DNA from: Octopus sinensis
Taxonomy: Eukaryota
Reading direction: 5' to 3'
Length of the DNA stretch: 64,000 bases
Assembly: GCF_006345805.1 (NCBI RefSeq)
Contig: NC_043006.1
Span: 103,168,001-103,232,000 of the forward strand
Shown: piece by piece, positions 50,197-62,869 of the stretch
How positions within the stretch are numbered: position 1 is the first letter of the stretch
Layout of the letters: the number at the start of each line of letters is the position of its first letter
Made by a program: the position numbers and the translations under genes
The notes under the pieces: model-generated
Told to the model about the DNA's origin: nothing
Seen by the model: only the letters and a program-made list of their open reading frames with translations
Database searches by the model: none

Positions 50197-51532
50197 ATAT
50201 ATATGTGTGTGTGTGTGAGTGTGATGTGCTTATGTCTTTGTGTATGCTTGTCTGTGTGCGACTCTGCGTACGTGCGTATGTGCGTTTGTTATCCTTATTG
50301 AAGCAGTTAGCTAAGAATCATAATTTTAGCCTCAGCAGAAGCTATGGTAACAGCTGTAAATGGTTTAGTGCTATATTGAAAGGTGATTGAAGCAAAGATA
50401 CTTCAACCATAACTCCATTCGCAAAAATAGAAGAAAAAAAAAACCCACTAAGATAACGATTGTTTGCGGAGATATTTAATAAATGCTTGGATAATACACT
50501 TGCTTTAGCAGGAATTGGAATTCTGTAAAATGTACCTGTCATATATTTTGGGGACTATAATATGCAGATAGAAAACTCGGTGTTAAAATTTCATCTTCTG
50601 GAACCTCACCAACACTATAAGCTAGATAAACATCAAATCTGAGGTTATAAATAAATGTAAGAAGTTTGGAAATTATCTTTTAGCTAACCTTATATTCATG
50701 TGTATTTTCCGTTCACTTTCTTCACTCTCTTTCAACACTACTTAAAAGTTTTGTTTGAAAAAGATGTATATTCAACCTTACCATGAAAGCAGATTTAGGT
50801 ACAAATATTATTCAAGATAATACAGCGTTTACTGAAATTACAATTTTGCTTTCACATTTAAATAAACTAACCTATGACTGTTATTCACGTTATATCAATA
50901 ACTAGTGGTAGTTACATTCCCTTTTTTATCATCATCTACGTACATGCAGATACGGAATGTATACTAAATCAGCTGATTTTGTTTCTCTTAGTAAGTCAAA
51001 TGTTTTTGGTTTGAAGCCATCTGACAATTACATAGCTGTGCAAAACTGATGTTATAGATATTTCATTTATTAGGTTGTCACCATAGCGCATAGATATTTT
51101 ACTCTTAATATAAGAATATATACGTATTCCAATAATTCCATTTAGTTTGTAAGTACACCTACTTGTGAGAGGAAATGTTCATTATTGCTAATTAATTTTC
51201 ATCTTATTACGGCAATAATTTCAATTATTTCAGTTTAAAAATTATTTTCGACACATTACCTCAAATATTGTAACTCAGAAATAACGATTGATCTCCATCA
51301 AGGATCTCCCTTGGGCTATTTTCCAATGTCAATATTTTTAATTGCCTGATCAGGGATTTTCTTTACAGCAAAATTTTAAACTCACAACAGCTACCAAAAA
51401 TGAAACTAACATCCCCTCCTCTACACATTTTAATTTAATTTTTGGTCTAATAACATTTTGGGAGTTCTATCATTTGTCCATTGTGCGGGGCAATTGTCAT
51501 TAGCGCTAATTAATCTTCTTTGTACCGCTATA

Positions 51533-51940
51533 GGCGCAGGAGTGGCTGTGTGGTAAGTAGCTTGCTAACCAACCACATGGTTCCGGGTTCAGTCCCACTG
51601 CGTGGCATCTTGGGTAAATGTTTTCTGCTATAACCCCGGACCGACCAATGCCTTGTGAGTGGATTTGGTAGACGGAAACTGAAAGAAGCCCATCGTATAT
51701 ATGTGTATATATATGTGTGTGTGTGTGTATGTCTGTGTTTGTCCTCCTAACATTGCTTGACAACTGATGCTGGTGTGTTTACGTCCCCGTCAGTTAGCGG
51801 TTCGGCAAAAGAGACTGATAGAATAAGTACTGGGCTTAGAAAGAATAAGTCTCGGGGTCGATTTGCTCGACTAAAGGCGGTGCTCCAGCATGGCCGCAGT
51901 CAAATGACTGAAACAAGTAAAAGAATGAAAGAAAAAAAGA
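51533..51940 (+). mobile_element. Family-A SINE, full length
   Basis: Colinear with the 49787 copy. Confidence 0.95.
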
Positions 51941-52359
51941 ATAGTTCCAATTTGTTGAAAATGATTTTCGGTTCATTATTTCAGCTATGTCAACTTGCGC
52001 ATCGCTACTAATGTGTGTGTGTGTGGGTCTATACACGCACACACCCACACAGGCACGCATGTGTGTATACCTGCGGGAGACTTACTCATTCAAACGTAGG
52101 GCATTGGTTTTTTTCTTTCTGTGAAGTCATTAACTTTATATAGGATCTCTTAAGCACGATTTTGTTTCTGCTTTCCTACATTCACTCTACTTTGTGATTT
52201 CTGGTACTTTGATGCGATTCTGCATCCATATTCTCCCTTCAGAAAAAAAAACATCTTAAGCTTAGGCATCGTTAAATATACCGTCAGGGTGTGACGAGTC
52301 ACTGGAGAGTTAAAGATGCCGAAACTGCCGAATTTAAGTGAACAACTGATGCCTATACA

Positions 52360-52560
52360 TGACCGCGTGTGTACCGTTGGCAATTTTTTCCTCCGTCTTC
52401 CCTTCTTTGGATCCTTCCTTTTCCTATGTTTCTGACGAAGAGCTCCGCTCGAAACGTTAAATCCCACTTCTTTCCTTCTTTCCTGAGCGTCCAATAACAC
52501 TATACTTGTTCCACGTCCTCGCGTTGTTGTGTTTTCATGTTTGGATTAACTATATATATT
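52360..52560 (+). mobile_element. ~200-bp repeat with a hammerhead-like core, ending at (TA)n
   Basis: Homologous to 63040-63245; gttt-CTGACGA-a-gagc(tcc)gctc-GAAA-cg-TT-aaat at 52428-52462. Confidence 0.7.
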
Positions 52561-53099
52561 TATATATACGCACACATACACGTGCATAAAATCTCCTACC
52601 CTATGATTATACAAGTTAGTTATTACAGGCGAAAGAGAAACAAAGAACTAGCGAGAGAAAGGAGGGAAATAAATAGGGGGTAGGGAGTGGTACATAATGG
52701 CGCCTGAATGTAACCGAACATATTTGGATAATTCATATGCATTGCGCAACTAACACATAAAAACGCACACATAAAATTAATTAACTATAAATATACATAC
52801 AAATATACGCACATATGGATACGCAAACAAATATACAAAAATACAAAAATATAGTACGCAATACATGCTCACATATATAAAAGTATATTCACATATACAT
52901 ACACATTTATATATGTATATATACATAGATATATATATATATATACACATACAAACGCGTATATAGATATGTACACACACATACATGCATATACATACAA
53001 ACATATACCTACCTACGAAACATCCATACACATAAATATATAGAGACATATCTACAGCACAACATATATATGACCAACGTATATATGGACTAGTCGCCA

Positions 53100-53300
53100 T
53101 GATAGATCGTTAGCTACTACACACATTTTTCCTCCTTGTTTCTCTCCTTGTTTTTTTCTGTGTCCCTTTCTGTAAAAGAGCGTAGGCTCGAAATGTAAAA
53201 TACTTTTTCTATTCCTGAGCGTTATACTAATACATCTGTTTGTTTTGTACACCACCTGTCTTCGTCTTTTTAAACTCGCCCTATATATATATATATATAT
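53100..53300 (+). mobile_element. ~190-bp related repeat with a degenerate hammerhead-like core, ending at (TA)n
   Basis: ttt-ctgtaaa-a-gagc(gtag)gctc-GAAA-tg-TA-aaa at 53167-53200. Same pyrimidine-rich lead-in and ttcctgagcgt follow-on as 52360. Confidence 0.55.
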
Positions 53301-53714
53301 GACCAAAGTTGTTTCGTCTGGGAGCATCCCCACCTCTTTTCAGACATGATATTATACCTAAAGCAACATAAGGGAATGTTTTCTTCCTTTTGTTTTAATG
53401 AAGCAAGAGTTTTCCATGATAGAGGTTTGAGATTTTCCCATAGCAGTACGCGCTTCTTTTCTGTAGACTATTCTATCGTTGTTTTTGCTGCAGCTGTTGT
53501 TGTTAAGCAACAAGACGGGTGATTAGTAGATGATCTAGGGCTTAGGGGCGGGAGACCCCAGACCTTAGAAAAAAACTTTGGTCGTCTTGTTGTAGTCGAG
53601 GGCTCTTCGTTGACGCCCGACACCACTGGGAGGTGGCCCTCGAAGTCGCTAGAAACGGAGAGCTCCAGGTCCAAATTCTTGGAAAGGTTGCTGCTGCTGA
53701 AGTTGTTGTTAGTC

Positions 53715-54345
53715 TTCGTGATGATGATGTTGACGATGACGATGACGACGATGATGATCAAGAGAAGAAAGAGGACGAGAGGGTTAATAATGAAGATGAT
53801 GATAAGTAGAAAGATGACGACAATGATGATGATAATGGTGAATATTGACGACGAAGATAAAAAAGACAATCGTAATAATAATGACGATGACGACGACGTT
53901 GATGATGATGATGATGACGATGATGATGATGACGATGACGACATCGACGATGACGACTACAGAAGACACGAGGAAGACGATTGTAACGATGCTTAAGCCG
54001 TTTCTGTTTCCTCTTCTGTTGCTAGTTCTTGCTGTCGATTATGTTCATATTTTGGATGATGACGATAACAACGACGATGACGATGACGACGACGATGACG
54101 ATGACGACGACGATGACAACGATAATAATAATAATGATTATAAAGATGCTCGTGATTATAAAGACGATGATGATGATTTCAGTGGTGGTGGTGGTGGTGG
54201 TGGTGGTGGTTAGGATCATGATCGCGAGATCAATATAGATGATGACGGTGAAGCTGATAATCGTATCCTCATCAGGACGATGATAATAATTATGAGGAAG
54301 ATAATAATGATGATGATGATGATGATGATGCCGAGAACAACGACG
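53715..54345 (+). repeat. Compound GAT/GAC/AAT/GGT trinucleotide field
   Basis: Low-complexity triplets producing poly-D/M/S ORFs. Confidence 0.92.
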
Positions 54346-54907
54346 ACGCAAATAAATATATTTTATCGGTATTTTACAAATTATGTTCCTAATTATCAGA
54401 ATATCGACAAAAATAATAGACTTCGTTTTTCAACATTTCTGTAACGATGAACAAAAAAAAAAATGTATAAATCAGTAATATAATAATTACCAAAGGTATT
54501 TCTGTCTAGACAAATAAGAAGTAAATGCTATAATTATAATTATTTAATCAACTTCGTATTCTGTGGATTATAATAATGCAACAATTTGTTAGAATTCAAA
54601 CGTCTTTCCGAGACTTTGTTTAATGGTGGAGTCACAATCGGGAAGCGCTTGGGAGGGGAAAGTATTTTATCTCATTCAGATATATTTATCTATTTAAGAA
54701 AGTCAGAGCTTGATGGAGAAAATATATCTCTTATGATACAGAGAGAACAAAAGCAAAAATCACTTGAACGCCATAACTATTTTTGTATCACCTTTAGTGC
54801 TTGCTTTCACAACAACGATTCTTTTTATACACTTTTCATGACTATTATTACGTTTCTGAACTTATAAGTTAAGCATATTTGTGTAGTATATCAGAATTTA
54901 CCGTTCT

Positions 54908-55042
54908 AGCCACGAGGTTTCCAGTTCGATCCCGTGTCGTGGAAACTTGAGCATGTCACCCACGAGACTTCTAACATATTCTCTGTTTCACCGAAGATTT
55001 GTAAAGTGAATTTGGTAGATGGAAACTGTATTGAAGCCCGCC
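54908..55042 (+). mobile_element. Old family-A-like SINE 5' half
   Basis: ggtttccagttcgatcccg...gtgaatttggtagatggaaactg...gaagcccg. Confidence 0.6.
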
Positions 55043-55279
55043 AGATAAGAGTGTATACACACACACATATAATCCCGTGTATACATGTATACACTACCAC
55101 ACACATACAGGTCAAAATAAGTAATGATATTTCAATGCATTTAATACGTGTTTCAGATACTTGCACAAGAGATACAAAGGGGAATATAATCTCTTATGCA
55201 AAATCTACGATATATCGAAATGTCTTTGACTCCATTATTATTGCTGTTGTTTCATCTTTTAGGAGGAACAGTTGCTTGT

Positions 55280-55548
55280 TCCTACTCGAGCCACGCCTGG
55301 CTTATAAGGGCCGGTTTCCCGGTTACCTTGGACTATAGGTTCCTCACTCGGACGGGACGCCAGTCCGTCGCAGGTGAGCTGCAAGATGCAGGAGGAAAGA
55401 GTGAGAGAAAGTTGTGGCGAAAGAGTCAGCAGAAGTTCGTCATTACCTTCTGCCGGAGCCGTGTGGAGCTTCGGTGTTTCGCTCATAAACACAAACATCG
55501 CATGGTCTGAGATTCGAACCCGCGATCCCTCCACCGTGTGCCTTCACT
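55280..55548 (-). mobile_element. Family-E SINE with a D-type tail
   Basis: Head and body match 45490-45668 (gagcgaaacaccgaagctccacacggctccggcag); tail cctgcgacggactggcgtcccgtcc...gaaaccggcccttat...gctcgag matches 59750-59850. Confidence 0.8.
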
Positions 55549-56374
55549 CATTATTATACATTATACGACTTATGCTTGTACAAGTAGACTAGTCGTAAAT
55601 CCGTTCATATGGACACTAGGATAACTAGAATTTGGAGTGGTTTATTCTTTTCGACTGCAGTCAGAAATTCTAGCAACATGCCATATTTCTAAGCACAATA
55701 CGAAATCTATCCCGTTATCTGCCTATGTGTGTGTGTATGTATGTATGTAGGTATGTATTTATGTATGTATGGATGTATGTATGCATGTATGTGTATGTAT
55801 GTATGTACATATATGTGTGTATGTATGTATGTATGTATGTATGTATGTATATATGTATGTATGTATCTGTCTATCTTTCTATCTATCCGTGTATCTATAC
55901 CTGTTATCGCCAAAAATCCAAAGATATATATATATATATGTTATATTAAATTGGAGATAAAACCACTATTAGGCAAATCAAACAGTGAAAATCATAAGCC
56001 AATACATAGAAATAAAATTAAGTAAAAATATAAAAAATATAAAATATAAAAATCCAATTAAAATATTTAAATTAGTTAAAATTTTAAAAAATTATTTAAA
56101 TTAATAAATTAAGCTTATAAATTTTAAATATATATATATATATATTATTATTATTTTATTTATTTATTTATTTATTTATATTTATTTATTTATTTTTTAA
56201 TTTTAAACTATCAAAAAGTATTAATAGTTTAATATAAGATAATGGGTATTGAGAATAGATGTGTTCACATTCGGCTGTATAGTTTTGGAAGTGTTGGTTG
56301 AATATCAGTTATGCGATGGCACACGATCGTCTACATATTTAATCCTAACACTCTCAAATTTATATTTCGAAATG

Positions 56375-56440
56375 CTGCACTGATGAGGCGAAGTATCTAA
56401 GTAAATATAACTTTACTTTAATCTCGAAACACGTATGTAG
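56375..56440 (+). ncRNA. Type-I hammerhead ribozyme candidate
   Basis: Stem I ctgca/tgtag (5 bp incl. one GU), CTGATGA 56380-86, stem II base gg/tc with an inner 7-bp hairpin aagtaaa/tttactt, GAAA 56426-29, minimal stem III AC/GT, GUA triplet (predicted cut after 56435). Confidence 0.65.
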
Positions 56441-56929
56441 TTAATATGAGTCGTGTGGATTCGTTATTTTTTCCTTTTTGCCTAGGTAAAAAAGTGTGTT
56501 ACTGTATGGGAGATAATTTACGGTAGTAGAAAAGGAATTTAGCTCCTATTTCTAAATTTGGTGCGTGTCGTAGCAATTAGCTGAGCGCTAATTATAATTA
56601 TGTTTACAATTATAGAATATTTGTCTGTATTTATATATATATATATATATATATATACTCCACTAGCTACTCATAAGGCCGATGATACCTTAGTTAAATT
56701 AAGGTTACATTTGAGATCAAGGGATACCAAGTTAACTTGCAGGAGATTTAATTTAAAATGAGTAGGGAGTAGAGTAGCCACGTTGAGTAATTATTGCTTC
56801 TAAGGTTCTGCTTGCAAGGAAACATATGTAGCCTGGATTTTTTTCCTACTCAACTCCCTCAATTTGGATTGTTATTCGCATTCATAGCAACCCAAAATGC
56901 TAACTGCAAACTATAAAACAACTTTCGTC

Positions 56930-57475
56930 AGCTTATCGAAATTTGAAATGGGAAAACCTACAACCTTCTACGCCAATAAATATTTTTGTTCCTGATCTCG
57001 ATTACTGGGACCGCCTTAAAGTCTTAAAACTCTACTCTCTCCAGCGCCGCTGTGAACGGTACCACGTTTGTACGATGTGGAGAATATACCGCCAGCATTG
57101 CCCAAACGACCTGAACATTAGTTTCAAGGTTCATCCAAAGCTGGGACCACCGGCCATACGCCCCCTGCCCAATTCCGGATCACAAAATATATTGGTACCC
57201 TGTGGCATAATTTCTTATCCTCGACAGGCCCTGCCCTATTTAACATTGTCCCAAATCTGATTAAAGAGGAAAAGAATCCCATCACTGTTAAATGGAGTCT
57301 GGACAGATTTCTTCAAGGGATACCAGATAAGCCACCAATACCTGGATACAACTCACTCAACTTCAATGGACCATAAACAAAACTTGACTTGAATAGGACT
57401 TAGATAATCCTATCAGGTGGTGCTATTAAGTTAGACATGGCCTGGAAAATTATTTGGTCGAAACATATCTAAGTT
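56930..57475 (+). mobile_element. CR1/L2-group LINE 3' fragment
   Basis: ORF 56943-57260 reads LDYWDRLKVLKLYSLQRRCERY; then GPALFNIVP...LDRFLQGIPDKP; 3' end ggtggtgc...catggcc...ggtcgaaac. Confidence 0.8.
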
Positions 57476-57599
57476 TTTATCTAAGTATTTTTAATGCCTA
57501 CTGTGAACTGCTCGAAGTTAACTAACTTCCTATACCTAGATCTTTGGTCCTTACAATTACTTATCATAATATATATATTCCCCAGAGAGGGGGAAGGAT

Positions 57600-58370
57600 T
57601 CCACATCACCTCGCCCAGATCAAGCAGGGCCCTGTAACATGACCCTTCTCGTTGCTAAGAGAAGTATGGGGGATAATCCTTGTTGCAAGGCCTCTGATAT
57701 AGCAGAACAAGTTGATGTCAGTCCCAGAACAGCTGTCAGGCATCTCCATAAACTTGACTACTATTGCAGAGCATCAAGAAGGAAGCATCTTCTTCGAGCA
57801 GATAACATCAAGTGGGGAAAAGATTGGGTCAGTGAGATTGTGGAGCGACCACTAGCAATTTGGGACACTCTCATAATCTCTGATAGGACCAGATTTGCTG
57901 TATTTCTTGTCATTGGTCGAGTGTGGGTCTAGTGTCTCTGTGATCAAGAATTTGATATAAAAAGATTACAACAAATAATGAAACATGGAAGTTATTCTGT
58001 GATATCTGGGGAGCAATTTGGAGCAATGGTTGATCAGAGCTGGTGGAATGTGAGGGAAACATAAACTCGGATAAATATGTCTTCGCTCCTTCCAATCTTC
58101 TCCAGTGGAAATGTGACCCAAAATCTGTTGGATGAGAATGGAATTAAAAAAAACATTCACGGCCAATCCAGTCACCAGATATGAACACCATTGAACACTT
58201 CTGGGACATAATGGACGGGACAAGAAAGCATCTTCAAAGCCAGATCTTTGGGGATTACTGCCTGAAAAATAGAAAGAAATTCCGAAAGAGAATATTCGTC
58301 ACCTGATCAGTAACATGCCTAATAGGGTTCTTGCACTGAAAAATACAAAGAGCATGTCTACTAAGTATCA
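57600..58370 (+). mobile_element. Tc1-family transposase remnant
   Basis: VSPRTAVRHLHKL..YCRASRRKHLL...WDTLIISDRTRF...GRVWV (cf. VIFSDESRF...GRVWVWR) and QSPDMNTIEHFWDIM near 58165-58215. Confidence 0.82.
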
Positions 58371-58614
58371 AAAATTCACGTTATAACAATTAATAAATAA
58401 TTTGAATGTATAATTTCAGATTTAGATAAATTTTAACAATTGTAAGGAAATCTAGTTACTTCTGTCATGTTTGTAGACACACACACACACACTCACACAC
58501 TCACACTCGCATATATTTATACGCGCATGCTACCCCCACACTCACACACACATATGCACGCACGCGCACACACATACATCGCAATTCATATATTCGTGTC
58601 AGCTAAAGGTATTC

Positions 58615-58936
58615 TGAGGCCTCCTTCAGACCATGGGATTGCACCAAGAAAGTTACCCTCCCAGGCACAAGTCCAGGCAAGTTTGTTTATAGAAGACCAG
58701 CGGTCACCCATGCATACCGGCCTCCACACTCCACGCCACTATTGTTATCCAAGGGGAAGGCAAAGGGGCCGATACAGCTTGGCACCTGTGACGTCGCAAC
58801 TCATTTCTACAGCTGAGTGAACTGGAGCAACGTGAAATAAAGTGTCTTGCTCAAGAACACAACACATAGCCCGGTCCAAGATTCAAACTGACAACCTCGC
58901 GATGGTAAGGTCGACGCTCAAACCACTGAGCCATGT
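58615..58936 (-). mobile_element. Family-C SINE, full length
   Basis: Reverse complement of the 37044 copy. Confidence 0.9.
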
Positions 58937-59749
58937 TTTAGTGTCAAAGATTTCAGCATTGTTCATCCCCAAATGACCGAAAAACATATTTATAAAGCAG
59001 AGTCCTTTGCTTCATACTCCTCGTGTGACGATTCTACCCATAAAAAAAGGAACAAATAATATAATGCATTGCTAGTCGACCACTAAAACCTTGAAGTATA
59101 TTGAGAAAACGTTGTTTCTTGACATCATTACGAATATTAGTGTCGATAGGTTCAGCTGTGAAGGCGCATGGCTCAGTGTATACAAGAAGACTGACCGTTT
59201 CATGAAACTTGTGTTCGTAGGAGTTCAATTTGATAGACAGGGGTGACTGTGGTTCCAATGGGTATATTTTGCGCGTTTGAGAACCACTACTTAAAAGCTG
59301 GAGAACAACTGCTTTAAAAAACAATTAAGCTGACATCACTCTTCACAGTCTGATTGAGTTATTCTTCTGCATGTTTTAATGAGCACTGGAGCATATATTA
59401 TTAAGCATTGCTGCATCTTTTGTAAAGAATTTCCTGTGGGAAAACGTAGTGTTAGTACATGGCCAGTTCATCTGAATCCATGATGCTCTTAGCTTCAGCT
59501 TCCCCATGGACTGCAATGTTAACATAAGCTTCCTGTTTTATATTCATTGATCAGAGATTCTGTTGTGAAAAGAGAACAAGTTTCTAAAGGTTTCAACATT
59601 AAGTTTCCAGGCTTCATATTCAGAGAAAAACATTTAACGACGGATTCTTAGTTACGGCATCAGTTTGTGAGTTGGTGAAGATTTTTGAAATGATGGTGGA
59701 ATTGTTTTCTAAACAAAATATATGTTAAAATAAAAGGATAAAGTTACCT

Positions 59750-59988
59750 TCTCGAGTCATAACGATTCATAAGGGCCGGGTTTCCGGTTTCATGGCGTAT
59801 ATATTCCACACCTGGAAGGGGCGCCAGTTCGTCGCAGGATTATTCATTTTTGTCAGCTGAGTGGAGAGGAGCAACGTGTAATGAAGTGTTTTGTTCAAGA
59901 ACACAACGCACCACCCGTTCAAGGAACCGAAACCACAATCTTACGATCATAAGTCCAAGGCCCTAATCACTTAGCCATGCGCCTCCAA
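59750..59988 (-). mobile_element. Family-D SINE (C-type head and body, different tail)
   Basis: Minus: gaggcgcatggctaagtg...gttcttgaacaaaacacttcattacacgttgctcc...actcagctg...cctgcgacgaactggcgcccc...cggcccttatg...gactcgagaag. Confidence 0.82.
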
Positions 59989-59999
59989 CCAAACAAAGT

Positions 60000-60350
60000 A
60001 CGACCCGTACAAATCCTGTTTTTAACATTGCATTAACAGGGGATATTCAATGTATTGAAATAGAAGTACCGTTAGCCTGTCCCCTTGGAATATTCCTTTT
60101 GAAATACTAACAACACCAGAGACAACCGTTCCCCTTTCAGCTACAAGTGTGAGGATTGTAGAGGGGGTTTTTCACGAGCTTTTGACAGCAGAAACTAAGA
60201 CAGTCGGTGGTTTTGTTCGTTGTAGTGATTTCAAAAACCACGTGCAAGTAATGGAGTCAAACACTTTGCAGTAATCAAGGCATATTACCACGAGTCTCCT
60301 ACTGCGATTCCTTTCTTCAGATACTCCACCTTTCTTTATCAAAAGCTGTT
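60000..60350 (-). pseudogene. Ancient R4-like reverse transcriptase relic
   Basis: Minus translation LVVICLDYCKVFDSITCTWFLKSL and, frame-shifted, SISKGIFQGDRLTVLLF (cf. WIDYKKAFDS and GIFQGDSLSPLLF in copy C). Confidence 0.7.
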
Positions 60351-60377
60351 TAGCACATCACTGTATTCCTTTCTATG

Positions 60378-60930
60378 AAGGTGGTGAGCTGACAGAATCA
60401 TTAGCATGCCGGGCGAATGCTTAGTGGTATTTCATCTGCCGCTACGTTCTGAGTTCAAATTCCGCCGAGGGCGACTTTGCCTTTCATCCTTCCGGGGTCG
60501 ATAAATTAAATACCAGTTATGCACTGGGGTCGATATAATCGACTTAATCCGTTTGTCTGTCCTTGTTTGTCTCCTCTGTGTTTAGCCCCTTGTGGGTTGT
60601 AAAGAAATAGGTATTTCATCTGCCGCTAGGTTCTGAGTTCATATTCCGCCGAGGGCGACTTTGCCTTTCATCCTTCCGGGGTCGATAAATTAAGTATCGG
60701 TTACGCACTGGGGTCGATATAATCGACTTAATCTGTTTGTCTGTCCTTGTTTGTCTCCTCTGTGTTTAGCCCCTTGTGGGTAGTAAAGAAATAGGTATTT
60801 TATCTGCCGCTACGTCGGAGTTCAAATTCCACCGAGGTCGACTTTGCCTTTCATTCTTTCGGGGTCGATAAATTAATTACTAATTGTCTCCCTCACCCAA
60901 AATTTCAGGCCTTGTTCCTTTAGTAGAAAT
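60378..60930 (+). mobile_element. Family-B SINE with its 184-bp body tandemly triplicated
   Basis: One head at 60378; ggtatttcatctgccgc restarts at 60426, 60610 and 60794. Confidence 0.92.
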
Positions 60931-61094
60931 GATTATTAAACTATATTCCTTTCTTTCGACGTGATAGCTTGCCAGTGACTATATCACTAGACTCGCAATA
61001 GTCTTAAGGTTGTACTATTGTGTGTAATGTTAAGGTACATGAGGGTCGTGTTCTGCTCTGTGTGTAAACGTGACTTTATACTTTTTTTCATTTT

Positions 61095-61280
61095 TCATTC
61101 TTTCACTTGTTTCAGTCATTTGACTGCGGCCATGCTGGAGCACCGCCTTTAGTCGAACAAATCGATCCAAGGACTTATTCTTTGTAAACCTAGTACTTAT
61201 TCTATCGGACTCTTATGCCGAACCGCTAAGGTAAGGTGACGAAATCATACCAACTTCGGTTGTCAAGTAATGGTGGGGGG
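61095..61280 (-). mobile_element. Family-A SINE 3' half
   Basis: ttgtttcagtcatttgactgcggccatgctggagcaccgcctttagtcga...gccgaaccgctaag. Confidence 0.9.
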
Positions 61281-61281
61281 A

Positions 61282-61328
<47 letters not shown>

Positions 61329-62836
61329 GTGTGTGTGAGTGTATGTGTTTGTGTGTGTGTGTGTGTGCGTGATTCTATGCCTCCATCTGTATTTCTTTCT
61401 TTGCAATGACATCATTTAAAAACACGGAGTCTGCGTTTGTATTCTGTAGTTTACAGTGCGGCAAATATTCTCTAAAGTAAATATCAGATATAGATATAAG
61501 CATTTCATCAATTAAGACTTTTCAATATGGTGCTGCGGTATGGCCGTTGCCCAACGACTGAAATGAATATACGAGTGAAACAAGCTATTTGTCTGATTAC
61601 CTGTCCGCACACACACATACATACATCTATATGTGAGTATGTATATATGTGTGTGTATACATACACATATATATATACACACATATATATATATTTGTAT
61701 GTACATATGTGCATATAAATATATACACACATGTATATATGTATGCATATATATTGATATATATATATATATACACACACACACATATATGTATTTATAT
61801 GTATATACATATGTATGTATAAATATATATATATACATATATATATATATATTTATGCATACTTATATATATATACATGTATATATGCTTATATATGTGT
61901 GTGTATATATATAGACAGATAGATACATATATATGTGTGAGCATATGTGCAAGTGTGTGTGTGTGTCCATACTGAAAAATCAAAATCAAGCACTTATGGG
62001 AGGGACACTTCCTAGGAATGGTGCCAAATATGAAAAAGTGATGGTGTTAGATAGTAGTACGTATGAGAAATGACTGCAGACACACGGTCACGCTCTGTTT
62101 CACACTACTAAATATAAAATTATCCTCTTGTTAAATTAGATGGGTTTTGACTCCCTACCTCCACGGTCACATTCACACCAGGTACACAGTGTTGCTTATA
62201 GATTCACTAAGCCATACATATTCGTGTATCATGTGTTTCAATAATAAATGTAAGTGTAACGTATCGGAATATGCTATAACGTGTTCGTGTGTGTATATGT
62301 GTATTTGTATATCAGATTGCGTGTGTTTGTTTCTTGGAGTTTGTGGGTGAGTGTGTCGCCCTGTGCTGTATATGTTCGTTTGTGTGTGTGTGTGTATAGA
62401 CGGAAGTTGAAAAAAAGCCGTTGTATATATCTATATATATATCTATTTATCTTTGTCTGCCTGCCTCTCGTTCTGTGTGTGTGTATCACGCACACACGCA
62501 CACCAATGCACACACCCAAAACTCACAACCCCACGGATACACGCATATACATCCATAAACGCTTACACACACATACGCACGTACAAGCACACACGCACAC
62601 ATACACTAAGTAAAGCACATTTATTCGCCACACACACTCAAACTCTACGCATACACACCCGAACACACACATACACACACACACAAACTACAAACAAAAT
62701 ACACACACGATACATATACATACACGCACACACACACACATACTTCATTGCACTGACCTGTGGCAGAGACAAAAACACCACTCCTTATTCTTGCAAACTA
62801 GTCAGCTACTAGCCTATTGTTTAGAGCTACAACCAC

Positions 62837-62869
<33 letters not shown>

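Noticed and set aside
54136-54177. DYKDARDYKDDDDD, resembling a FLAG epitope tag
   Set aside because: It is embedded in a natural GAT/GAC/AAT triplet field, lacks the terminal K and has no vector context; coincidence.
59158-59178. tgaaggcgcatggctcagtg as a separate SINE copy
   Set aside because: Only ~20 bp of head match; too short to annotate.
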